From Eledone cirrhosa (taxonomy: Eukaryota), in contig CAXHJY010001625.1 in assembly GCA_964016885.1 (NCBI GenBank), forward strand, positions 1 through 64,000: a stretch of 64,000 nt of DNA, read 5' to 3'. Positions within the stretch are counted from its first letter, which is position 1. Each line of letters starts with the position of its first letter. The notes beneath the pieces were generated by a model. The model was not told the origin of the DNA and made no database searches. It worked only from the letters and a program-made list of their open reading frames with translations. Below, piece by piece: positions 49,865 to 63,191 of the stretch. A program made the translations under genes and the position numbers.

Positions 49865-50515
49865 TGAACAAAATGCAGTATTTGTTACAGTCCTTTATGT
49901 TCTGAGTTCAAATCCTGCCGAGGTCAACTTTGCCTTTCATCCTTCTAAAATAGAGTACCAGTAACACACTGGGGTTGATCTAATTGACTATCCCCTGACC
50001 CCAAATTGTTAGACTTGTGCCTAAATCAGAAACCAAATTCCGCCGAGGTTGACTTTGCCTTTCATCCTTATGGGGTCGATAAAATAAAGTACCAGTAATG
50101 CACTGGGTAATTGCTGGCTTTGTGCCTAAAGTAGAAACAATTATTACTTACCTATTGGATTGGCAGTATCGGTAGAGGATTGGACGCCATGCTTTCCAGC
50201 AGAGTTACACCCCTTTATGGTCTGAGTTGAAATTCCACCGAGGTTAACTTTGCCTTTCATCCTTACAGGGTCGATAAAATAAAGCACCAGTAATGCACTG
50301 GGTAATTGCTGGCCTTGTGCCAAAAATAGAAGCAATTATTACTTACCTAGCTGTAAAGTATTGGACAACATGCTTTGCAACATATTGTCACGGCTCTTTA
50401 TGTTCTAAGTTCAAATCCTACCATGCGGGAGTCAATAAAAGAAAGTACTGGTGTTGATCAACTCCCCCTCTCTTTCATTTAAACTGCTGGCCTTGTACCA
50501 AATGTAGTAATAATT
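49865..50515 (+). mobile_element. Cluster of four co-oriented family A SINEs
   Basis: Units at ~49865-50035, 50036-50145, 50155-50340 and 50350-50515. ACTTACCTA flanks the third unit on both sides. Confidence 0.88.
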
Positions 50516-50807
50516 ATTAATGGCCATAACCAAAATATTGGAAACCATAAAAGATGTATCATTCTGTCTGTTACTCTCATTCTTCTTTGTCAGATGAATA
50601 TATTTGATTACATTTTTTACAATTTGTCAGATTCCTTGCCAATCCTAGTCTCACTGAGTTGCTATCACAGGACTATTATTTTTACTGTCTTTTTATTTAT
50701 ATAATGGCAGTGATTCAATGTTAACTTTAACTGCGATAGAATCACCTTACCCTCACAGTCTTATGCACCAAGGAAACCATCAGAGTCTAGAAGTATAGTC
50801 CTTTTAA

Positions 50808-51018
50808 CCCTTTAGCATTTAAACTAGCCATATCCGGACAGAATTCTCTCACCTCTTTTTGTTCAAACTGGTCGTAACTAGCTTCTCATACTGATGTTAA
50901 GGTATTATTTTCAAAATAAATATCAAAATCTCATAGATTCGATATTATGTGAGGTAAAACCTTTACCACAAAAATACAATTATATATATATAGAGAGAGT
51001 AATGTAAATGTTAAAGGG
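50808..51018. mobile_element. piggyBac-like MITE
   Basis: TTAA|CCCTTTAGCATTTA ... TAAATGTTAAAGGG|TTAA. Confidence 0.9.
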
Positions 51019-51672
51019 TTAAACCTTTTTCTGTGAAATGAATTCATTCATACAGTTCAAATAATTAGTTATCTAAAGCACTAAAAAATTAATAGTATTT
51101 GCTGGGTGTTGGGCATGCAATCATAATGTCATGGGTTCAATTCATATCCCATTGCTCTAGTATACTCAACTGAAAATGAATAGCTGGTGGTTTAACCCTG
51201 TTGACATGTCCAAGGAGTAGTGTTGTACTCTTAGTCCCTTAACACCAATGAAACCAGTATAAACACCAACCTAATGAGCCTCTGAGTTTGAAACAAACTT
51301 TAGACTTTTATTGCCAGATTTCTATCTCATAAAATACATTGTCTATGATTTTCTAGTAATTTTTAAAATAATCAAGAATTTGGCAGGATTTAGTAATATA
51401 AATTTGGCAGGATTTAGTAATATAAATTTTTATATTACTAAATCCGTTTTTATGACTAAGCTAGTGTTTGGTGCATAACAAAAATATCTTACATAACATT
51501 ATGATAAATGGTTTATTTAATAAGACCAATCTTAACCTACAATTTCAGGAAAATCTCTGAACCTTAAAATGGATCCAACTTTATATATATTTGCTTGGGG
51601 ATTGTAGGCACAGCATAATGAGTTCAGGAATTTTAACATTAGCAAATAAAAACAAATGTAAGTGGCTAGATA

Positions 51673-52035
51673 CATCATCATCATTATCACTGTTTAATGT
51701 CCATTTCCCATGCTAGCATGGGTTAGACGAGTTGTCCTGTTGTGAGACAAATCAAATCAGGTAACTGTGTCTTGTTCATACAGAACTGTTTCTGGCTTGG
51801 TTTCTATGGCTGGATGACCTTCCTACCACATTTACAGTGTGGACCGGGTGCTTTTTATCGTGTCACCAGCATGACCACTTTATAGTGTGGACTGAGTGCT
51901 TTTTGTCATGGCACCAAAACAAACACTTTACACATGTTGTGACACCAACATGACCACTTTACAGTGTGAACTGGCTGCTTTTTGTCATATCACCATCATG
52001 ACCACTTTACAGTGTGGACTGGATTCTTTTTGTCA
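51673..52035 (-). mobile_element. RTE-tail module with ~5 tandem subrepeats
   Basis: (CAT)n tail and repeated ATGACCACTTTACAGTGTGGACTG..TGCTTTTTGTCATG.CACC. Confidence 0.8.
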
Positions 52036-52389
52036 TGTTACCACTACAACCACTCCACCCAGTAATTAATTATTATGTTAGTTGTAATCAATAAGTTAAT
52101 TCTACTTCAACAACAGAGAAGGAAAAATATGTCCAATAATAATTTAACCTTACTTAAGCTTTGGGTTTTATTCATTCAGTAATATGAGAACAATCTCATA
52201 GTAATATGAAATGGACAGTATATATATATATATATATATATATAATCATCATTATCATCTAACCATGAAGCCATGCGCCTTCATATATATATATATGAGT
52301 ATAGCTATATATAAATAAATATATAATATGGGTAATAAACCAGGAAACTAAACCAGAACAACCTGCCACCCTCTACACACCATCATAAA

Positions 52390-55300
52390 CTGCGAGCAGG
52401 GTACAAATTGTTGTCCTTAAATGCTCGCAGTTTATGCATCAAGATACATCTGTTTGAATCCTACGTCAGAAGCATCGACCCTGACTTCATCACAGTCACA
52501 GAAACATGGGCACATTCCTTACTCTGTGATGGGGTTTTCAGCATTACTGGGTACAACCTTTTCCGCAAGGACCGCATTAATCGCCGTGGTGGTGGTGTGA
52601 TGGTCTACGTTCGTTCAAACTTTTCGGTAATTCCTTGCGTTGATTTGAACGAATCACAGGAAGAAGTTTTTTTCTGTGACATACGTATGACCATCTCAAC
52701 ACTTCTGCTTGGTGTTGTTTATCGCCCCCCAAACTACCATCAGGACACACAGCTTTGCGATATCCTCAGAGTTGCTGCCAAGAAAACAGCCACTTATGTG
52801 TTTATTGCAGGTGACTTCAATCATCCTGAGATCGATTGGGAAACCTTTCGTTGGCCACAAGGTGCAACGATTTCCTTGAACTAGTGCTGGACTCAAACTG
52901 GTCACTACTAGTTGTACTACTGAGGAACCTCTAGGCGACTCTGATCATGCTATGATCATTGCCAATCTGGCACTTGAGGGCAGCAACAAAAACCAGAGCC
53001 ATCTCCAATCTGCTTGCTTTGATTGGAAGAGGGCGGATTGGAACTTGTACTGCACTGAGCTACAGCGCCCAAACTGGCATGAGATGTATAACTCTGGAGA
53101 TGTGAACACTATACTCCAGAGCATCCTGGACTCAATATGGATAGCGTGTGCAGCATCGGTGCCATGTAAGCAGAAAAAAAACCACCCCAAAAGTGCAATT
53201 TGGGAAACTTCAGCGGTCCGACTTGTCAGGAAAGAACGTCGGAACGCTGAACGGGAATATAAACTGCATAAATCAGATGCCAACAGAAAAAAGCGGAATA
53301 AATCTTCTAACCATCTCAAGCAAGTGACAAAGAAGGCAGTGCTTGAATTTGAACAGTGCATAGCAACCAATCCTGACAGTAAGGTGTTCTGGAAATATGT
53401 TCATTCAAAGCAGAGGCCTCACTCTCCAGTTGGTCCTCTTCGCAATCCCCACACAAGCCAGATCACTGACGATCCCAAAGAATGCGCAGAACTCATTGCT
53501 GAGTGCTATGCAAGTATTTTTACTGTTGAAAACCAGAATGTACCATCTCCACCATCTCTAACATCAAATTCCATAACAACTATGGAATTTACCTGCAATG
53601 TTGCGACGTCACCTTAAGAATAAGCGTAACTATGCCTCCCCTGGTCTTGATGGTGTTACATACCTGCTTCTCAAACGTGGCGGGTATTTCCTTTTGCGCC
53701 AGCTTTCTTTCTTCTTTCAATACTGTCTCAACAATGGTGCTACTCCGGAGCAGTGGAAAACTGCCATTGTCATTCCCCTGTTCAAAAAGGGCAACCGCAT
53801 GTCACCTGTCAACTATCGTCCAGTCAGTCTTACTAGCTGTATGGCCAAACTGATGGAATCCTGTGTCAGAGAAACACTTTGGAACTTCTGGAGCTCTCAC
53901 AGCCTCATCTGGTCCTCACAGTTTGGATTTATCCCTAACTCCAGCTGCTGTGATCAGCTTATCGAGTTCCTTGAAGGCATCACCCGGATCACTGACAGCG
54001 GCTCATGGGTGGATGTTGTTTACCTTGACTTTGCTAAGGCTTTTAATTCTGTGCCACACAAAAGACTTATGGCAAAACTCTCTGCAATGGGTGTGAGGGA
54101 TGATGTTTTCGACTGGTTGAAATCCTTCATTCTCAGCTGAAAAGAAGTAGTCACGGTTCTAGGACAGCATTCTTCACCATATGAGATGTCATCTGGTGTA
54201 CCACAGGGATCTGTTCTTGGTCCCCTTTTGTTTGTGGCATATATTAATGACATAGATGCCAACTTACAGAATGCCACGGTACTGAAATATGCAGATGACA
54301 TCAAGCTGTACCTTGAAATCAAAAGGACTGATCCTGAAATCTACAACTCTTTCCTACAATCAGACCTGGACACAATGCAGCAATGGATCACAGACTGGCA
54401 ACTGAAGCTGGCTGTGGACAAGTGTACCACCATGCATTTTGGGAGGAAAAATCCAGCGTCCACATACTCCCTCCACAACACTGATATCAAGAAGTCCTCT
54501 TGTGAATGTGACCTGGGCATTACTGTCAGCAGCGATTTGCGTTGGACAAAGCATGTCTCTAAGATTGTCAAGAAGGCTTAGAGTGTCTTGGCATCACTCA
54601 GCAAGACCTTTGTTAGCCGCTCTCCAGCCATCTATTTAAAACTGTATACAGCTATGGTACGACCACACTTGGAATTCGCATCATCAGTCTGGAACCCCTA
54701 TCTTGCTCAGAACATTGACCTCCTGGAAACTGTTCAGAGACGTGCAACCAAAATGAAAACAAAAATATATATATATACAGTTGGCAGCTAGAAGGGATTT
54801 CATCAGGCATCTACCATACTCTGAATGCCTTGCTTCCCTGGGCATGGATTCATTGAAGCTCCGACGTCTGGCAATGGACTTGGTAAATACCCACAAAGTT
54901 ATTAACCATCTCGCCAATTGCAGCCCTGAGCACCTTTTTGATCTCCATGTGTCTAACACACGTGGACATGCCTAGAAAATCAGAAAACAGCACAGCTCCC
55001 ATGACTTTCGTAGACATTTTTTCACGCTCAGAGTTGCTGAAGCATGGAACAAACAGCCTGCGTCAGTTGTTAGCTGCCGAGACACTGCATCCTTTAAGAC
55101 ACTCATGCTTCCCGAAATACGCCAAAACTACACCTGATGTACCCCTTCCATACACATGCTCACGTGTGTATCATGACTCGTGCACTGTTCATTTTCCTGA
55201 TGTTTGTGCATTGCCCTATGTACTGTACATGCACTACTTTTTGATGAGTTGTGGTGCACCTGGGCACTGTACACAACATTTCATTATTATTATTATTATT
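52390..55300 (+). mobile_element. CR1-clade LINE, near-complete ORF2 (EN-RT) disrupted, with an (ATT)n tail
   Basis: EN motifs LNARSL, VTETW, GYNLFRKDR, GGGVMVYV, YRPP, GDFN, SDH. RT motifs SPGLDG, PLFKKG, NYRPVSLTS, QFGF, YLDFAKAF, SGVPQGSVLGPLLF, YADD. There are several stops and frameshifts. Confidence 0.95.
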
Positions 55301-55302
55301 AT

Positions 55303-55552
55303 ATCATGACTCATACACTGTTCATTTTCCTGACATTTGTACATTATTCTATGTACTATACATGCACCTTTGATGAGTTGTAGTGCACCTGAGCACTGTA
55401 CACAATAATTTCATTATTATTATTATTATTATTATAATTGTTTCTACTTTTGGCACAAGGCCAGCAATTATCCCAGTGTATTACTGGTACTTTATTTTAT
55501 CGACCCTGTAAGGATGAAATGTAAAGTTAACTTCGGCGGGATTTGAACTCAG
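55303..55552. mobile_element. Second CR1 3' UTR end (+, 55303-55437) abutting a partial family A SINE (-, 55438-55552)
   Basis: Repeat of ATCATGACTC..GTGCACCTG.GCACTGTACACAA..(ATT)n, followed by a SINE tail and core. Confidence 0.85.
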
Positions 55553-55646
55553 CCTCGGAGGGAATGAATATTACCCAGTTACAAGTATGAAAATAGCTCA
55601 ATGTAGAATAACAAATATACTACAGAGCCAAAATTGTCATTTACAT

Positions 55647-55852
55647 TGTATATATATATCATCATCATCAGGTTTAGCGTCCGTGTTCCACGCTTGCATG
55701 GGTTTGGACGGGGGTTTTCCCACTTGAGGCAAGAGTGGTTGTCTTGCTCGCATAGGACAACCACTCTTGCCTCAAGTGGGAAAACCCCTGTCCAAACCCA
55801 TGCAAGCGTGGAACACGGACGCTAAACCTGATGATGATGATATATATATACA
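55647..55852. repeat. Near-perfect palindrome (97-bp arms, 12-nt loop) made from an RTE 3' tail
   Basis: 55647-55743 versus 55756-55852 with one mismatch. The sequence matches 30983-31078. Confidence 0.95.
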
Positions 55853-55947
55853 TATGTGTGTGTGTGTGTGTGTGTTTATATATATATATATATATATAAT
55901 TGGTGCTGGATGCTTAAAGCGTCCGTATGCGGTAGGCCGTATGAGCA

Positions 55948-56000
<53 letters not shown>

Positions 56001-56019
56001 ATATGTATGTACATATATA

Positions 56020-56232
56020 TCTTATGGTGTGAGTAGGTTATGCCTGGAAGGAAGGTTGGCTGGTAAGAGAAGCAGAGTCCGGCAGCCAAAACGATGGTTT
56101 GATAATGTCAACTTATGGACTGGACTTGATCTTTGCTCTTTAAACTCTGCTGTTGGTGATCGAACTTTGTGGAGAAAAATATCTCATGTTGATGCGCAGT
56201 TTGCAACTGGCGGAGTTTAGCATCAAATCCTT
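56020..56232 (+). mobile_element. 3' fragment of another RTE-like LINE between (TA)n tracts
   Basis: LEGRLAGKRSRVRQPKRWFDNV..W..DRTLWR, typical of RTE C-termini. Confidence 0.7.
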
Positions 56233-56277
56233 CTTATATATATATATATATATAATATATATATATATATAATATAT

Positions 56278-56349
<72 letters not shown>

Positions 56350-57489
56350 TTTTCTGGAGGGATCATCATCATTGTGGTGAGTTGTTGTTGGTGGTGGTGG
56401 TTAGTGGTGGTGCAGTTATACATATAGAATAAAAAAATTAATTCTACCTCAAATTCAAGAAAGAGAGAATGCAATAGAAATAGGGGAAGAATGAGTTGTT
56501 TAATGATATGACCATTCTCAAGCTATAGAAAGAATGAAACAGCAATTGTATTTGATACAAAGGCAGATCTGCTTTTTAAGCCAACCTTTCTCTAGCTAGG
56601 TACACAAACCACAAATGTCTAGCTTTGCTCAGTAAAGCAACTCTACTTCGAATTATTAACATAGAAAGCTTTATCAGTTCCCCTGGTAATATATGTGAAA
56701 ATATTACAAAATTTATGAAATGTAGAAGTCTATTTTCCTTAGATAACTCACATATACAACTACATCTGCTTCTTATGATATAGAATTGTATTATTCTGTA
56801 GTTAATTCGTTTTTGTTTTTTTTTTTACCTTTTAAAGTAGATTCAGGCCTTACAGTAAATACTATGGCAGAAACCCTCTTTAATTGTTGTTGCTTCAAAT
56901 GTGCACAGCTGTTAGTCAACTTTGCTCAAGTAATTCTGTCTCGTTTTAACTGCACACAAGATAAAAATTATTATATCAAATATTTCAAATCCACCCTCTT
57001 AATAATAGAGTAGCATGACTTAGTATTTAGGGTGTTCAGCCTACAATCATGAGGTTATGAGTTCGATTCCTGGCCAGGTATTGTGCCCTGAAGTAAGATA
57101 CTTTATTTCACATTGCTTCAGTCTATTCAGCCAGCAGAAACAAGTTGTACCTGTAATTCAATGGGCCAACCTTGTCACTTACTGTGTCACACTGAGTCTC
57201 CTTGACAACTACATTAATGGTACATGTTCCTATGGAATGCTCAGCCACTTGCATATTAATTTTGCAAGCATACTGTTCCATTATCCGAACAATTGTAACA
57301 CTTGTTGTCAGAAGCAATCGAGGTTCAACTCCCAGGCATATTCTAGAGTTTATCTCTACCTCAGTTTGTCCAATAGACCAATTCATTTGAAAGCTGCCCC
57401 TATGTTTTACAATAGAACCATTGATCTTCTTGGAAGTTTAATCCTATGTTAACTGTATGTTGTATAAGCTTAGAACTTTCTTTCTCCCT

Positions 57490-59545
57490 TGTCAACACAC
57501 ATGCACCCTCATACATGCACTCACGTGCATCTTCACATGCACTCACATGTATATTCCTGCATGAAGCTTCAAACATACACATACATCCTCACACATACAC
57601 ACACATACATCCTCACATGCACACATACATCCTCACATGCACTCATACATGCATCTTTACATATACACACTCATGCATCCTTATACATGCAAATACATGT
57701 ATCTCCTCACATGCACACACATACATGCAAAACATGCACACACATCTATCCTCATACATGCACACATCACATATATCTGCTCGCACATACATCTATCCTC
57801 ACACATACACACATGTACACAGATGTGTCCTCACATGCACACATATCTATCCTTACACAACACATGTACACATGTCTCTTCTCTCTCTCACACACATTTA
57901 TCCACACACATACACACACATATATCCACACAAACACACACATGTATTGTCTCTCACACACATGTCTATCCTCTTTCACACATACACACATCTATCCTCT
58001 CTCGCGCACACATCTATCCACACACATACATGTGTCCACACATATATACACACACACACATCTATCCACACATACACACCTATCCTCTCTCACACACACA
58101 TCTATCCACACACAAATGTACACACACATCTATCCTCTCTCACACACACATCTATCCTCTCTCACGCACACATCTATCCACACACATACATGTGTCCACA
58201 CATATACACACACACACACATCTATCCACACATACACACCTATCCTCTCTCACACACACATCTATCCACACACAAATGTACACACACATCTATCCTCTCA
58301 CACACATATCTATCCACACACACACACACATCTATCCACACACACACACACAAATGTACAGACATCTATCATCTCACACACACATCTATCCATACACACA
58401 CACACACACACATCTATCCTCTCTCACACACACATCTATCCACACACACACATGTACACACACATCTATCCTATCTCACACACACACACACATGTACACA
58501 CACATCTATCCTCTCTCACACACACACATCTATCCACACATACACACCTATCCTCTCTCACACACACATCTATCCACACACACACATCTATCCTCTCTCA
58601 CACACACAACTATCCACACACACACATCTATCCTCTCTCACACACACATCTACCCCCCCCCCCACACACACACATCTATCCACACACACACACACACTTC
58701 AGAGCTAGTTACATTATTCTCTATTTCACTCTGTTTCACCAGCTGTTGTTGTCTCTTTCTCTTTCATTGTTTTTCTACTCTGTTTTCATTAACTTCAATT
58801 CTGGCTCTTGTCTCTTTTGTCCTCTCTCTCCCACTCTCCATTCTCCCCCCCCCCCCCCCCCTCTCCTCCTCCTCTCTCTCTCTCTTTCTCTCTCCCAGTC
58901 TCCGTTCTCTCTCCATCTCTCCTCTCTCTCTCTTCTTTCTCTCTCCTTCTTTCTCACTCCTTCCCTTGCTCTCTCCTCTCTCTCCTTCCCTCTTTTCTTT
59001 CTCCCTTTCTTGACCTTGCCTTCTTTGTCTCTCCCTCTCTCTCTCTCTCTCCCACTCTCCATTCTCTCTCTCCAATCTCTCTCTCCCACTCTCCATTCTC
59101 TCTCTCTCTCCCACTCTCCATTCTCTCTCTCTCTCTCTCCAATCTCTCTCTCCCACTCTCCATTCTCTCTCTCTCTCCCACTCTCCATTCTCTCTCTCTC
59201 TCCCACTCTCCATTCTCTCTCTCTCTTCCACTCTCCATTCTCTCTCTCTCTCCCACTCTCCATTCTCTCACTCTCTCTTGCTCCCTCTCTCCCACTCTCC
59301 CACTCTCCATTCTCTTTCCATCTCTCCCTTTCTCTCTCTCTCCATTCTCTTTCCATCTCTCCTTTTCTCCCTCTCTCCATTCTCTTTCCATCTCTCCTTT
59401 TCTCCCTCTCTCAATTCTCTTTCCATCTCTCCTTCCTTTGCTCTCTCCTATCTCTCTCCTTCTTCCCTCTCCCCTTTCTCTCTTTCTTGACCTTGCCTTC
59501 TTTGTCTCTCACTCTCTCTCCTTCATCTCCCTCCACTCCTCTATC
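57490..59545. repeat. CA-rich minisatellite (CACATCTATCC units, to ~58700) and CT-rich minisatellite (CTCTCCCACTCTCCATT units, ~58820-59545)
   Basis: Seen directly; source of the spurious 420-699 aa ORFs. Confidence 0.93.
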
Positions 59546-59749
59546 TTTCCCCCATAAAGATGTACACACATATGTACTCTATAGATGATATAACACATTT
59601 CTGAAGCAGGTGTTTTGCTGTAGTGGCATTGAGGAAGTATCCTCAACAATAGTATTTCAGGTGTTCACAGGTTGTGTTGATATTTCTAGGAGAATACTAT
59701 AATAATAGTAGTAGTAGTAGTAGTAGTAATAATATTAATAGTAATAATA

Positions 59750-61405
59750 ATTGTTTCTACTTTTGACACAAGGCCAGCAAATTACCCAGTACATTACTGG
59801 TACTTTATTTTATCGACCCCATAAGGATGAAAGGCAAAGTTAACCTAGGTGGGATTTGGGGCAATTTAGACTCGGAACGTAAAGGGCCATAACTCTATGT
59901 TGTAAAGCATGGTGTCTGCCAAATAATAATGATAATAATAAATAAAACTCTATTGCCCTAGGTTCAAGACCTAAACCCAGCAGTAGAGAAACTGAACAGA
60001 TCTATAAAAACAATACTATTATTACTAATAATAATTGTTTCTACTTTTGGCACAAGGCCAGCAAATTACCTAGTGTATTACTGGTACTTTATTTTATTGA
60101 CCCCACAACGATGAAAGTTAACCTAGACAAAGTTAATGCTATACTGCAAAGCATAATAATAATAATATAGTAGTAATAATGATAGGCACAAGACCAGTAA
60201 TTGGTGGGGAAGGGAAAGTCGATTAAATAGTCCAGTATGTTACTGGTACTTTATTTTATCGACCCTGTAAGGCAAAGTTAACCTCAGCAGGATTTTATCA
60301 ACCCTGAAAGGCAAAGTTAACCTCAGCGGCATTTGAACTCAGAACGTAAAGGGCTATAACTCTATGCTACAAAGCATAATAATAATATTATAGTAGTAAT
60401 AATAATAAATAAAACCTCTATTGCCCTAGGTTCAAGGCCTTAACCCAACAGTAGAGAAACTAACAGATAAGAATAATGGTTTCTACTTTAGGCACAAGGC
60501 AAGCAATTTGAAGGGGGAAGGGAAAGTCAATTAAATTGACCCCCAGTGCATTACTGTTGCTTTATTTTATCGACCCCGTAAGGATGAAAGGCAAAGCTAA
60601 CCTCAGCGGGATTTGAACTCGAAACGTAAAGCTTATTAACCATATGCCACAAAGCATTCTGTTCGACACTCTACCAATACTGCCAATCCACTGCCCTACA
60701 ACAACAACAACAACAACAACAACAATAATAATAATGTTTATACTTTTGGCACAAGGCCAGCAATTATCTCAGTACATTACTGGTACTTTATTTTATCGAC
60801 CCCGTAAGGATGAAATGTAAAGTTAACCTCAGACCATAAAGGGCCATAACTCTTTGCTGCAAAGCCTGGCGTCCGACCCTCTACCGATACTGCCAATTGA
60901 CTGCCCTTAATAATATGATAGTAATAATAATAATGATTTCTTTATTAACCACAAGGGTTGACACAAAACATAACATTAAGGACAGCACAGGACAGTACAA
61001 ATGGGAATTTCTACATATAAAAACAAAAACAAAGGAAAATTCCCCAATAGGGGGAAGACTTCCAACGGTCACTCATGGAGAAAGCCCACAAAAAAAAACA
61101 CAGTGACCCTGACCACCGGGTCAAGTGACTTCTCCCAGTTTTCAACCTCCAGTCTACAGGCGCATACTCAGAGCAGGTCCATTCACTCTGGTCACGCTTG
61201 CATCTCTCACCCATCTTTCAACAAATTGCTGGAAAAGTAATAATAATTGTTTCTACTTTTGGCACAAGGCCAGCAATTATCCCAGTGCATTACTGGTACT
61301 TTATTTTATCGACCCCATAAGGATGAAAGGCAAAGTTAACCTCGGTGGTTTTTGAACTCAGAATGGCAAGGGCTGTAACTCTATGCGTCAAAGCATGGTG
61401 TCCGA
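59750..61405 (-). mobile_element. Cluster of six co-oriented family A SINEs plus a LINE 3' end (~60930-61237), separated by (AAT)n
   Basis: Units at ~59750, 60035, 60184, 60477, 60735 and 61247. Confidence 0.88.
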
Positions 61406-61664
61406 ATAATGGTTATGACAAAGATATCTAATTACAATAGTTCATCTGGGGTATTATATTACATATGTGAAGGTTATGGAACAGTTCAGTATTGTATGTT
61501 AAGAGAGATATTAAGGAAATAGTAATCAGAATTTATATAAATTATTGTGGTATAGCAGCGTAAAGGTTGCTAGAGTAGACTTGATTGGTATAGACGTTAT
61601 TGCTGTTTAACACCAGGTCAACCTTGATCTAGTAAACCTATGATGAAAGGTCTTCCAGCTATGA

Positions 61665-61749
61665 TCTTCTTTTTCTTCTCCTTCTTCTTCTCTTTCTTCT
61701 TCTTTTCTTCATCTTCTCCTTTTTCTTCTTATTTTTCTTCTCTTCTTCT

Positions 61750-61782
<33 letters not shown>

Positions 61783-62080
61783 TCTTCTTTTTCTTTTTCT
61801 TTTTCTTTTTCTTTTCTTCTTTTTTTTCTTTTTCTTCTTCAGCATTACACTGTCTGTACCCATGGTTAACACATAACCCAAACTCTTAACGCTTCTTCTT
61901 CGCCCACTTATTCCTAAGGGCAGAGTCATCAAACCCTCCTTCCAGCAAGTTCTGTCAGAAGCAACCATCTCCAACAGATCCAGCTGGATCCGCAAGCTAG
62001 ACCAGCCAAACTCATAGATGTTAGCCCTGGGTCTCCTGCCAGTGGATTTTGCCCGTAAAATCTGTCCAGAAGCTGTGATT
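61665..62080 (-). mobile_element. CTT tract plus a degraded RTE-like 3' fragment (~61890-62080)
   Basis: GRRPRA..LEMVASDRTCWK on the minus strand with a (GAA)n tail. Confidence 0.55.
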
Positions 62081-62519
62081 ATCATGTCTTTTATTCAGTC
62101 ATGCTGTGTCATCATCATCGTCATTATGCATTCATTTTCCCTGTTAGCATGGGTTGGATGTGTTGTCACAGCCCAATTCAGTACTTTATCAGAAGAAATA
62201 CTGATCCCCTAGATAGGCTGGGAGCCCACATTTTGCTTACAATATATCTCCACATGTCTTTGACACAGCTGAAGAGTCCTCCTTATTTTTTCTAAGATAG
62301 TAAGGTGTGATTTGATTAAGATTTTGCTACTATTTCAGGCAGGTTGAGTAAGCTGGAGATTTATGTTTGGCTAAAGCTCTTTCATTGGTTCATTATGTGG
62401 TAACTATCATTGCTGCTGTTGTTGTTGTTGTTGTCTAGCTCCAAGTTAGCATTGATCAAGCAGATTTATGGCCATGACTATACCTTCTTTATTTTTCAGA
62501 CAGTATATCTAAGATCAGT

Positions 62520-62810
62520 GAAGGCACATGACCTTGTGGTAAGGGTGTTGGACTTACAATCATAATGTTGTGGGTTTGATTTATGGATTGGATTGTGTGT
62601 TATGTTTTTGAGAGAAACACTTCATTTCACGTTGCTCCAGTAGACTCATTTGAAAATGGGTACCAGCATTAGCTGGGGGTTTAACCTAGTAATAGACTGA
62701 CATCCTCTCCAGGGAGGAGGCATATATTCTCAGATGCTTCATGTCATGGAAACCAGAATAAGCACTGGTCTGATGAACCTCCAGGCTCCAGGCTCATGAC
62801 AGACTTTAGA
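62520..62810 (+). mobile_element. tRNA/CORE-like SINE family B, near full length
   Basis: GTGGTAAGGGTGTTGGACTTACAATC head, CACTTCATTTCACGTTGCTCCAGT, ATGGGTACCAG, CCAGGGAGG..GAAACC..GATGA.CC..GGCTC tail. Confidence 0.75.
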
Positions 62811-63191
62811 TATCTAAGATGACATTCTCCTCTGTTTTTTTTTTTTAAAGATGTGGTGTCATTTGGAAGAGATTTGGCTACTATTTCTAGCAGATCGAGC
62901 AACCATACTGTAGTAGGTGTATCTAAAATAGAGAGAAAGATCAAAATAGCCAGCACAGATGATTGAGAATGTTGACCATAATATGAGGTTGAACTGACTG
63001 AAGGATGTTTTAACAGTCCTTCATAGTCAGCATATGAACATTTTAGCTGACCTTCGTAGAAGGATGAAATATGAAGTTGACCTCAAGGATATTTGAGCTC
63101 TGAATTCAAGGATATTTTGTCTGATGCTCTATCACTTCTGCTGATTTCCCAAAAGGGACAGAGGAAAGATTATGATGGTGAAAATAATTTA

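Noticed and set aside
57446-59588. 420-699 aa His/Thr/Leu/Ser-rich ORFs
   Set aside because: They are open in several frames across CA- and CT-rich repeats, a low-complexity artefact.
62769-62810. CTGATGA as a hammerhead core
   Set aside because: It is part of the family B SINE tail, with no downstream GAAA or stem architecture.
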